Source of the DNA: Patescibacteria group bacterium
GTDB lineage: Bacteria > Patescibacteriota > Microgenomatia > UBA8517
Assembly (NCBI GenBank): GCA_035692185.1
Contig: DASSIE010000010.1
Coordinates: forward strand, 2,879-66,878
Reading direction: 5' to 3'
DNA: 64,000 nt
Shown here one piece after another: positions 17,865-26,625 of the stretch; position 1 is the first letter of the stretch, and every line of letters begins with the position of its first letter. Position numbers and translations under genes: made by a program. Below the pieces are notes generated by a model. It saw only the letters and a program-made list of their open reading frames with translations. It was not told the origin of the DNA and did no database searches.

Positions 17865-19138
17865 TAAAACGAATTAAATCTATAATCGCTCACCCATTTT
17901 TTACTAGCAGTGCAATTATGGTTTTAGGAAGTAATTTTGCAAATGCACTGGCATTTATCTACCACCTTGTTATTGGAAGACTTTTGGGTCCTGTTCACTA
18001 CGGGGAACTTGCTGCCGTAATTTCACTGGCCACAATGTTTTCTGCCATTTTTACTTTTCTAAGCACTGTCGTAATTAAATTTACATCAAGCGCTAAGAAT
18101 AGAGATGAAGAGAACTATATATTTTCATGGTTTTCTCAAAAAAGTTTTTTTATTGCCTTAACACTTTTTATTTTGACACTAATATTTTCCCCAATATTTT
18201 CAAATTTTCTCCATATTGAATTAAAGGTTGTGTTGTTAGTTCCATTTTTCTTGTTTTTCTCATTGTTATCGATGGTGTTTAAGTCTTTTTTGCAAGGCCT
18301 CCTCAAGTTTTATGAAACAGTAATATCGTTAAATACAGAATTTATTCTAAGATTGTTATTGGGCATACTTTTTGTTTACCTTGGCTTCTCAGTTTATAGC
18401 GCAATATTAGGTATAGCAATCTCTGGAGCAATTGGTTTTTTTATAACCTTTTATTTTCTAAGGGATTACAAAGTATTGTTCAAAGGTAAAAAAATTAATT
18501 TTAATAAATAAATTTTAGCTTATTCATTGCCTGCATTTCTTTTTTCATTGACCTCCACTTCTTTTTTGACAACGGACACACTTTTAGCAAAACACTTTAT
18601 TGGCGCACACGATGCGGGTATTTACGCTTCACTTTCTAATTTAGGAAAAATAATTTTATACGGAACTATCCCCATCGGAGCTGTAATGTTTCCAATGGTT
18701 TCTAAAAGATTCTCAAAGGGACAAGGTTATATGAGAGTATTTTTGCTTAGTCTAATGCTAACATTTTTGGCTTCAGTTGTAGTTTTAGCAGTGTATAAAT
18801 TTTTGCCAGATGTTGCGATTAATATTTTATATGGAACTAGCTTTTTGGAAGGTGATAAATATTTAATCTGGTTTGGCCTTTTTGCATCAATTTATAGTCT
18901 TACAAGTTTAATTTGCTCATTTTATATGTCTATTGGAAAGGTACGAATTGTTATCTTGCCAATAATTTTTGCGATACTCCAGATAATTGGAATTATATTT
19001 GTTCATGATTCCATAATCGATATTATTAAAGTTTCAGTGGTTTCGGCTACACTTCTTCTGGTTTCTTTGTTAATATACCTTGTATATGAAACCAGAGCCA
19101 AAAACAAACTTAATATCGGTAGTGATCCCGGCCTATAA
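17861..19138 (+). pseudogene. wzx: Wzx-type polysaccharide flippase interrupted by one in-frame TAA (18509-18511)
   Basis: The two track ORFs are in the same frame: ...KINFNK*ILAYSLPAF... N-half has RLLGPVHYG, C-half has AGIYAS..GK..MFP (MOP flippase motifs). Confidence 0.75.
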
Positions 19139-19895
19139 AGCTGAAACCTTTATTGTCAAAACCCTCACGGGTGTTAAAAATACACTCGATCAAATTCGTT
19201 ACCCATACGAAATTATATGTGTCGTTGATGGCAAAATCGACAAAACTTTTGAGAAAGCTACGAAATTTGCCGGTTTATATCCAAGAAAAATAAAGGTTAT
19301 TGGTTACAAAAAGAACATGGGCAAAGGTAACGCTGTTAAATTTGGCATGGCCAGGGCAAAAGGAAATATAATAGGGTTTATTGACGCTGGGGTTGAACTT
19401 AATCCAAACGGCATATCTATGTTACTTGAACATTTTGAATGGTATAGTGCAGACATTGTAGTGGGGTCAAAGAGGCACGCCGCATCAAAAATATATTACC
19501 CTTGGTACAGAAAAGTAATGTCCTTTGGCTATCAGGTCATCGTTGGGATATTGTTTGGTCTTAAGGTGAAAGATACACAAGTTGGCATGAAATTTTTTAA
19601 GAAAGAAGTTGTAAAAAAAGTATTGCCAAGACTTTTGGTTAAAGCATTTGCTTTTGACATAGAAATGCTATCAGTTGCAAATTATTTAGGTTATAAACGG
19701 ATTTATGAAGCCCCGGTTGAGCTCAAAATGAAGTTTTCAAATGCCTCGACAATTATGTCTAAAGGTTTTTTAAAGACTGTTTTATCGGTTTTTATAGATA
19801 CGTTGGCAGTATTCTATCGCTTGCACATCCTTCATTATTACGATTACAAAAACAGAAAGAATTGGATTATCCCAAAATATTTAATTCTGAAATAG
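19086..19895 (+). CDS. GT2, DPM1/polyprenyl-phosphate glycosyltransferase-like
   Basis: VVIPAY, VVDG, NMGKGNAV, FIDAG, VGSKR, DTQVGMK, FAFDIEML. Confidence 0.85.
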   Translation: MKPEPKTNLISVVIPAYKAETFIVKTLTGVKNTLDQIRYPYEIICVVDGKIDKTFEKATKFAGLYPRKIKVIGYKKNMGKGNAVKFGMARAKGNIIGFIDAGVELNPNGISMLLEHFEWYSADIVVGSKRHAASKIYYPWYRKVMSFGYQVIVGILFGLKVKDTQVGMKFFKKEVVKKVLPRLLVKAFAFDIEMLSVANYLGYKRIYEAPVELKMKFSNASTIMSKGFLKTVLSVFIDTLAVFYRLHILHYYDYKNRKNWIIPKYLILK

Positions 19896-20621
19896 TCCGA
19901 CTATTAAGTTTCCAAAAGGTAATTTAAGCATCATTTCCAATCTACACAAAATTGCTGAAAGTTTTTTGTTAAAAAATAGGAAAGAGAAAAGATTAAATGA
20001 ACTAAATAAAATTGGCTCAAACCTTTGAATCATAAATATATTTTGTAAATTTTCCTTACAAAATTTGGCAAGATGTTGTTCTCCGTCAAAATGAGGGAAA
20101 ATTGTAAACTTATCTAAGATATTCTCAATTAATAACCAGGGGCTTTTATAATTTGGCGTAATTATACAAACAAAGCCATTTGGCTTAAGAAATTTGTGTA
20201 GTCCGGCAACTAGCTTTTTAGCATCCGTTATTTTTAAATGCTCTATTACATCAATTGAAATAATTAGATCAAATTTTTCTTTAATTTTAATTTTTGAAAT
20301 TTCTCTAAGATCGGCATTTATAAGTTTGACATTTTTAATTCTTTTTTGTTTTAACTTTGTTTTAAGGAACCTTAATGCTTGATCGTTATAATCTAGCCCT
20401 GTAATAGCCTTTAGTTTTTTAGCATAATTCAGTTCAAAATTTCCTGACCCAGTTCCCAAATCTAAGATATTGTTGGGTTTTGTTAATTTTAATATTTCAT
20501 CAATAATAATTAACTTATTGTTGTGCCAATTAGCTTGGAGAAAGTTCTTACTTCTAATCGCCTTATACTGGTAATCTGGTGAAATTCCCAATTTTTTTTC
20601 TACAATAATCTCTTTTTTCAT
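19881..20621 (-). CDS. Class I SAM-dependent methyltransferase
   Basis: ILDLGTGSG, FDLII..DVIEH, LKPNG..ITPN. Confidence 0.85.
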   Translation of the reverse strand: MKKEIIVEKKLGISPDYQYKAIRSKNFLQANWHNNKLIIIDEILKLTKPNNILDLGTGSGNFELNYAKKLKAITGLDYNDQALRFLKTKLKQKRIKNVKLINADLREISKIKIKEKFDLIISIDVIEHLKITDAKKLVAGLHKFLKPNGFVCIITPNYKSPWLLIENILDKFTIFPHFDGEQHLAKFCKENLQNIFMIQRFEPILFSSFNLFSFLFFNKKLSAILCRLEMMLKLPFGNLIVGLFQN

Positions 20622-20656
20622 TTTGATTAAACAATAGTAACATATACAATATGAGG

Positions 20657-22069
20657 ATGCGCAAATATTTTATTTGGGGACTTTTTGTTATCCTGTTAAT
20701 CTTTACAAGATTTTATAATTTAGACAGAACCGCAAGATTTACGGAAGATGAGTCAAAAGATTTGGTTGGGATACATCAAGTCTTTGTAGATAAAAAGCTT
20801 ACTCTTGTAGGCCCAACAAATGAACAAGGTACAAAAGTTTTTAGCTCCCTAACGTTTTACATGTTGCTTCCATTTACGATAATAGGTAAGTTTGACCCGA
20901 TTAGCCCCCATTATGGAGCTGCCTTTTGGGGTGTAATTGTATCCATACTTCTAATATATTTTGTTAATAAAATAAACTCAAAGTTTACGGTTCCAATAGC
21001 ACTACTCACTCTAGTTTGGTTTCCATTTTTGGAAACTAGTAGGTGGGCTTGGAATCCAAATTTAATTCCACTGTGGGTAATTTCGGGAATTATATTAATT
21101 CAAATTCCCAAAAAGTATGCCCGGCTTTTGGCCGGAATTATATTTGGGTTTGCAGTTCACAGTCATTATTATTCAATTTTTGCTGTCGGAATATTTATGG
21201 CAATGTGGTCTGCATATTTCTTATATAAAAAACAATATTCATCATTTGTATTTTTGGGATTAGGTTTTACAATCTCAATTCTGCCTTTTGTAATTTTTGA
21301 TCTTCGCCATAGTCCTGGAATATTTTTACCAAATTTGTTTTCTCAATCGAAGTCTGTGGGAGGTGGATTGGACATGGGTCTAATTCTCCAAAAATTTACT
21401 TCAAATATATGGAGTTTGATGATTGAATACACCCAAGCAACTTATCTCGCAGTTCCACTAATGATTCTCTCTTTGATGCTTCTGATCCAAGATATTAAGA
21501 GAAAGTCCTTTTCCTTAATTTATTTTACCCCTTGGATATTTCAATCCATTATTATTGCCTGTTTACCTCAGTTCTTTCCACACTATCTGATACCTGGTCT
21601 AATATTTTTTCTAGTTTGGGTGATATATAAAAGAGGATTTTCAGGAAAACTTTTGTCTTATTCAATTTTAATAATTCTGATATTGAGAGGATTTATTTCA
21701 ATTTATTCCCAACTTACAACCCCAACTTCGATTCCAGATATTTCAATAACAAGACAGGTTGAAAAAAATATAAAAAACGAAATTGTGTCACGAAATTTGA
21801 AGAACATAAACATCGCGGTTCTAGCAAGTCCGGACACCACTACGTCGGGTAAAAAATACCGAGATCTGCTACTTGTTGACGGTAATATTCATATTTTGAC
21901 AAAGAATGAGTATCAAATAACTGATCATTTGTTTATAATTTCGACGTCCAGTGAGCAGGTTGTACGGAACGACCCCGCAACCGAAATACAAAGATTTAAA
22001 AAAGGAAAGTTGGCAAGCGTAATGCAGATTGATAATTCTGGCTGGTTTATTTACCATTTTTTAAGATGA
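20657..22069 (+). CDS. GT-C (PMT_2/GT83-like) membrane glycosyltransferase
   Basis: FTEDESKD..LVGP first loop, SRWAWNPN, HSHY, FDLRH. Second ATG (20657) preferred because TACAAT lies 6 nt upstream. Confidence 0.75.
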   Translation: MRKYFIWGLFVILLIFTRFYNLDRTARFTEDESKDLVGIHQVFVDKKLTLVGPTNEQGTKVFSSLTFYMLLPFTIIGKFDPISPHYGAAFWGVIVSILLIYFVNKINSKFTVPIALLTLVWFPFLETSRWAWNPNLIPLWVISGIILIQIPKKYARLLAGIIFGFAVHSHYYSIFAVGIFMAMWSAYFLYKKQYSSFVFLGLGFTISILPFVIFDLRHSPGIFLPNLFSQSKSVGGGLDMGLILQKFTSNIWSLMIEYTQATYLAVPLMILSLMLLIQDIKRKSFSLIYFTPWIFQSIIIACLPQFFPHYLIPGLIFFLVWVIYKRGFSGKLLSYSILIILILRGFISIYSQLTTPTSIPDISITRQVEKNIKNEIVSRNLKNINIAVLASPDTTTSGKKYRDLLLVDGNIHILTKNEYQITDHLFIISTSSEQVVRNDPATEIQRFKKGKLASVMQIDNSGWFIYHFLR

Positions 22070-23163
22070 ATATATTAATACTTAGCTGGAGAGGTCCAGG
22101 CCATCCACTAGCGGGTGGGGCAGAGCAGGTTACCCGTGAGCATGCAAAAGGGTGGATTATAGCCGGAAATAAGATCACTATGTTTACATCACGTTTCGAG
22201 GGTGGAAAACCAAGTGAAACGGTAGATGGAATACAAATTATTAGGAGGGGAGATCAGTTTTTTGGCGTGAAATTGGCGGCATGTAAATGGTATTGGTTTG
22301 AAAATAAAGAGAAATTTGATTTAATAATTGACGAATTCCATGGCCTACCATTTTTTACACCACTTTGGGCTCCAAATGTAAAAAAAATAGGTTTTATCCA
22401 TGAAGTTGCCCAAAAGGTTTGGTCGCTAAACCCTTGGCCCTGGCCGTTTAATAAAATTGCTGCCATTTTAGGTAAATCTGGTGAGCCTTGGATATTTAAA
22501 CTTTTATACACTAAAGTTTCGTTTATGACGGTTTCAAACTCAACTGCCCACGACTTAAAAGCTTGGGGTATAAAAAAAGTAACAGTGATACCAAATGGTG
22601 TTTTGTTGCCAAAAAAATTACCAAAAGTTAAAAAGGATAAAGATTTTACTTTAATATACTTATCAGCTCTTGCTAAAGACAAAGGGGTAGAGGATGCAAT
22701 TGCAACCTTTAATATCGTCAAAGAGAAAATTCCAAATGCTAAATTTTGGATAGTTGGTAAAAGTTATCCAAAATACACAAACTATTTAAAGAGTATGTGC
22801 CCGGAAGCTAAGTTTTGGGGATATGTAACGGATGAAAATAAATTTGATTTGTTGTCGCGGGCTCATTTATTAATATTTCCATCAGTACATGAAGGTTGGG
22901 GACTTGTAATAATAGAGGCAGCTAGTGTTGGTACGCCGACTATTGCCTACAACGTCTCAGGGGTTAGAGACGCCGTAGTGGAAGGTAAAACAGGTTTAAT
23001 GGCAAATAAAGAGACTCCGGAGGAGTTATACAAACTGATTTTGGAATTATATAAAAGTAAAAATCTTTATTTAAAGTTAAGTAAAAATGCAAAAGAATGG
23101 AGCAAAAACTTTTCTTGGGAGCAAAGTATAAAAGAAAGTACTTCATTAATTAATAAAATATAG
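22066..23163 (+). CDS. GT4 glycosyltransferase
   Basis: WRGPGHPLAGGAE, KDKG, HEGWGLVIIEA, FSWE. Confidence 0.9.
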   Translation: MNILILSWRGPGHPLAGGAEQVTREHAKGWIIAGNKITMFTSRFEGGKPSETVDGIQIIRRGDQFFGVKLAACKWYWFENKEKFDLIIDEFHGLPFFTPLWAPNVKKIGFIHEVAQKVWSLNPWPWPFNKIAAILGKSGEPWIFKLLYTKVSFMTVSNSTAHDLKAWGIKKVTVIPNGVLLPKKLPKVKKDKDFTLIYLSALAKDKGVEDAIATFNIVKEKIPNAKFWIVGKSYPKYTNYLKSMCPEAKFWGYVTDENKFDLLSRAHLLIFPSVHEGWGLVIIEAASVGTPTIAYNVSGVRDAVVEGKTGLMANKETPEELYKLILELYKSKNLYLKLSKNAKEWSKNFSWEQSIKESTSLINKI

Positions 23164-23178
23164 TAGAATGTACCGACT

Positions 23179-24099
23179 ATGAATAAAAAATTATCAGGTG
23201 TTACCGCAATGATCCCCAGCTTTAACTGTAAAAAAAATCTATTTAGAACTTTAGACTTTTTACTTAAGTCAAATTATCCAAATTTGGAAATAATAGTTAT
23301 AGATAATGGTTCCACTGATGGCACGTGGCAAGAAGGCAAAAAGAAATACAAGAAGGTTAAGTGGATAGACGCGGGAGCAATAAATATTGGCCAAACAGGT
23401 TGTTACAATTTGGGTTTTGCACACGCCAATCCTAAAAATCACGTGATGATGGTTGACTCAGATGTTGTTGTGGATAAAGACATGGTAACAAATTTAGTTA
23501 GTAGACTTGAAAGTAAACCAAAAATTGGAGTTGTCACCCCAATGGTTTTATATTTGAATGATGAAAATTGGGTAAATCAAGCTGGATCAACTGTAAACTT
23601 GTGGACTGGAAAAGTAACAATTGGGTGGGGAGACAGGAAAAATTTTTTAAAGGCAAAAGAAGTTCAAGGTTCAGGAACTGTAATGATATTTAAAAGAAAG
23701 TTAATAGAGACAATTGGTGGATTTGAGGATTGGTTCCTTTGTTATTTTGACCCAGAGTATTCTGTAAGAGGTAAGAAAGCTGGTTTTTCGACTTGGTATG
23801 AGCCAGAGGCAATTTGTTATCACGATCAGGACAAAGATGAGGATTATTGGCGACCAAGGGTAATGTCCCGCGCGTTTTTACTTGGTAAAAACAGAACATT
23901 GTTTATGCGCAAACACGGCAAGAATATTCTGGTTTACATATTATTCACACCTTTGTTATTTGCATATTACCTAAGGGAAGCCATAAGATACAACCTAATG
24001 AATAAATGGTACGAGCTAATTCAAGGCACAATCGCTGGGTTTTTCTATCCGCTTGACCAGCGTGTTAAATTACCTCTTCCGGTAATTGATCCGAGATAA
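23179..24099 (+). CDS. GT2 glycosyltransferase
   Basis: IPSFN, VIDNGSTDG, VDSD, GGFED, CYH. Confidence 0.85.
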   Translation: MNKKLSGVTAMIPSFNCKKNLFRTLDFLLKSNYPNLEIIVIDNGSTDGTWQEGKKKYKKVKWIDAGAINIGQTGCYNLGFAHANPKNHVMMVDSDVVVDKDMVTNLVSRLESKPKIGVVTPMVLYLNDENWVNQAGSTVNLWTGKVTIGWGDRKNFLKAKEVQGSGTVMIFKRKLIETIGGFEDWFLCYFDPEYSVRGKKAGFSTWYEPEAICYHDQDKDEDYWRPRVMSRAFLLGKNRTLFMRKHGKNILVYILFTPLLFAYYLREAIRYNLMNKWYELIQGTIAGFFYPLDQRVKLPLPVIDPR

Positions 24100-24115
24100 T
24101 TTCTATATTACAAAA

Positions 24116-24556
24116 ATGCAAAGACTTAATGACGAGGAATATAAATACGTTTATAGTCGATCTCCCAGATTGTGTGTTGATTTAGCAATTGTTACACCAG
24201 AAGGCCTCCTTCTTTCAAAACGATTAATTGAACCATTCAAAAAGAGTTGGCACTTTCCTGGTGGAAGGGTGATATATAAGGAATCAATTAATGACGCAAT
24301 TTCAAGAATTGCCAAAAAAGAAGTTGGCGTTAAAATTAAAACCGAAGAACTTTTAGGATTTTTGGAAATAATTAATGACGGTGAATATGTTCATAGTGTT
24401 AGTTTAGTATTTATTGTGAAAATTAATTCAGGTGAAGTCAAAGGAGGCGATCAAGCAAAACAATTTAAAGCATTTAAAAAAATCCCAGACAACATGCACT
24501 CTTCGCACAAAAAATTTATTAAAAAATATTGGGCGAAAATATTGCGACTTGCTTAA
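24116..24556 (+). CDS. Nudix hydrolase, GDP-mannose mannosyl hydrolase (Gmm/WcaH)-like
   Basis: PRLCVDL, WHFPGGRV..KES...RI...EVG (modified Nudix box), downstream H in YVHSV. Start at ATG 24116. Confidence 0.7.
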   Translation: MQRLNDEEYKYVYSRSPRLCVDLAIVTPEGLLLSKRLIEPFKKSWHFPGGRVIYKESINDAISRIAKKEVGVKIKTEELLGFLEIINDGEYVHSVSLVFIVKINSGEVKGGDQAKQFKAFKKIPDNMHSSHKKFIKKYWAKILRLA

Positions 24557-24585
24557 TCATTACTTCATATGTTATTTTAATATCC

Positions 24586-25566
24586 ATGACTGAAAAAACT
24601 GCATTAGTCTGTGGAGGTGGAGGTTTTATTGGAAGCCACTTAATGAAATTCCTAAAAGATCGCGGATATTGGGTTAGGGGAGTAGATATAAGGTACCCCG
24701 AATATGGTCCAATCGTCGCTGACGATTTTATTAAAGGCGACTTACGAGATATCAATATTGTTAAGCAAGCTTTAGATATTCCATTCGATGAAGTTTATCA
24801 GTTAGCCGCTGATATGGGAGGCGCTGGCTATATTTTTACAGGTGAACACGACGCCGATGTGATGCATAATTCTGCAACAATTAACCTCAACGTTATGGAG
24901 CAAGCTAAGCAAGTTGGTGCCAAAAAAATATTCTTTTCTTCATCAGCCTGTATTTATCCCGCCCACAATCAAGTAGACCCAGACAATCCGAATTGTGCCG
25001 AAGACTCTGCCTATCCCGCTGCGCCAGATAGTGAATATGGATGGGAAAAATTATTTAGTGAAAGAATGTATTTGGCATATCATAAAAATCACGGTCTGGA
25101 TGTTCGTATTGCACGGTTTCATAATATTTTTGGCCCAGAAAGTGCTTGGAACAATGGTAAAGAAAAAGCTCCATGCGCGATTTGCAGAAAAGTTGCCGAA
25201 ACTCCAGACGGTGGGGAAATGGAGATGTGGGGAGACGGAGAGCAAACCAGATCATTCTTATATATTGATGAGTGTTTGCAAGGCATAAGACGACTTATGG
25301 ACTCAAACTTTATGGGACCAGTTAACATCGGATCAGAAGAAATGGTAACAATCAATGAACTTGCTAAAATGGCTATGAAAATTGCAGGCAAAAAAATTAC
25401 AATTAAACACATCGATGGCCCTCAAGGGGTGAGGGGCCGGAGGTCTGACAACAAATTAATTATGCAAAAACTTAATTGGGCCCCAAACTACCCGTTAGTT
25501 AAAGGTATCGAGAAAACTTACAATTGGATAAAAGGCATGATCGAGAAAGAATCAACCTCACTTTAA
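24586..25566 (+). CDS. GDP-mannose 3,5-epimerase (GME)-like extended SDR
   Basis: GGGGFIG, LAADMGG, SSACIYP, YGWEK, RFHNIFGP, EKAP.A.CRK, WGDGEQTRSF, GPQGVRGR.SDN. Confidence 0.85.
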   Translation: MTEKTALVCGGGGFIGSHLMKFLKDRGYWVRGVDIRYPEYGPIVADDFIKGDLRDINIVKQALDIPFDEVYQLAADMGGAGYIFTGEHDADVMHNSATINLNVMEQAKQVGAKKIFFSSSACIYPAHNQVDPDNPNCAEDSAYPAAPDSEYGWEKLFSERMYLAYHKNHGLDVRIARFHNIFGPESAWNNGKEKAPCAICRKVAETPDGGEMEMWGDGEQTRSFLYIDECLQGIRRLMDSNFMGPVNIGSEEMVTINELAKMAMKIAGKKITIKHIDGPQGVRGRRSDNKLIMQKLNWAPNYPLVKGIEKTYNWIKGMIEKESTSL

Positions 25567-26556
25567 AACTTCTTTAATATGATTTTTAAGTTTTTTTGTT
25601 TGTCTGCCATTGAGCAGGAATATCATGTCGTTTGATTTACAATAAATTACATTATCTGTAATAATCCCAGCACGCCATATCAAGTTATAGATTTTTAGAC
25701 TCGTAACAAGCTCAAACATAGGAATAAATAATCTGCCAGTTTTGCAAATACTCCAAAACAATTTGGGAAGGTTTATAGATTTATAATCTACACCTATCTC
25801 TTTATGCATAAATTTACTCATCTGGGCCAAGGTTAGGTGCTCACCATGTAACAGATAAATTTTATTACTATATACTGATGGGGGATTACTTATTGTAGAA
25901 ATTATTGATTGAGCTACGTTGTCTACATGTATCAAACTTGATAATCCTGGCCAATTTAGTCTTGCAAAAATAGATTTCTTTTGAATAAGTCCACTTAGAA
26001 AATCAAACAAACTATCTGGCCTCATGCCAGATCCATAAATAGTGTTTGGTTTTAAAATACTCAATTTAAATCCATCAATTTTTTGTCGTTCAACTAAAAT
26101 ATTTTCGCCTCTTACTTTACTTCTCGTATATTCATTCGTTGGCGACATAGGTGAATATTTACTAAACGGTTTTGAACAATTTATTCTTCCGCTCCATGCA
26201 ACCATGGTTCCAAAATGTACAAAGTGCGTATTGGGTCCTAACTTGCCAAATGTATTTAACAAGTTTTCTACACCAACATCATTACACCTATGGTCTGTAA
26301 CAGCAGTATCGGTAATCGCTGCAAGATTGATTATGACTTCTGGGGATTTGGGTAGATTTTTAAGTCCCTTCTTGGTAACTAAGTTTATGTACTTAGTTTT
26401 AACTTCCATTTCTTTTAACAATTTTCTCCCCTCGATTTCTAACGGGCCGTTGGCATCTTTTATTAAGCATAAAATATTTTTTACACCATATTTTTTAACA
26501 GCCAATTTAATAAATCGCTTTCCAACAAAACCTGTTGCCCCGGTTATTATTATCAT
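25558..26556 (-). CDS. NAD-dependent epimerase/dehydratase (extended SDR)
   Basis: TGATGFVG, NLAA, YTRSK, PNTIYG, IHVDNVA. Confidence 0.8.
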   Translation of the reverse strand: MIIITGATGFVGKRFIKLAVKKYGVKNILCLIKDANGPLEIEGRKLLKEMEVKTKYINLVTKKGLKNLPKSPEVIINLAAITDTAVTDHRCNDVGVENLLNTFGKLGPNTHFVHFGTMVAWSGRINCSKPFSKYSPMSPTNEYTRSKVRGENILVERQKIDGFKLSILKPNTIYGSGMRPDSLFDFLSGLIQKKSIFARLNWPGLSSLIHVDNVAQSIISTISNPPSVYSNKIYLLHGEHLTLAQMSKFMHKEIGVDYKSINLPKLFWSICKTGRLFIPMFELVTSLKIYNLIWRAGIITDNVIYCKSNDMIFLLNGRQTKKLKNHIKEVLK

Positions 26557-26564
26557 CCTACGAC

Positions 26565-26613
26565 ATCATAATACACAATTGACATATTGCCAATCTGACA
26601 ATATCATTGGCAA
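26565..26613. promoter_or_regulatory. Bidirectional sigma70 promoter with palindromic operator-like site
   Basis: Plus strand: TTGACA (26579-84)-17 nt-TATCAT (26602-07). Minus strand: TTGGCA (26593-88)-17 nt-TATGAT (26570-65). Inverted repeat TTGCCAAT-N11-ATTGGCAA at 26587-26613. Confidence 0.65.
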
Positions 26614-26625
26614 GCAATAACAGAT

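Noticed and set aside
18509-18511. Stop-codon reassignment as the explanation for the flippase TAA
   Set aside because: TAA, TAG and TGA all terminate other genes normally in this window, consistent with code 11.
26042-26620. 192-aa plus-strand ORF, and other antisense ORFs such as 22254..22721, 51925..52299 and 59136..59582
   Set aside because: They lie opposite well-supported genes, have no motifs and look like antisense shadows.
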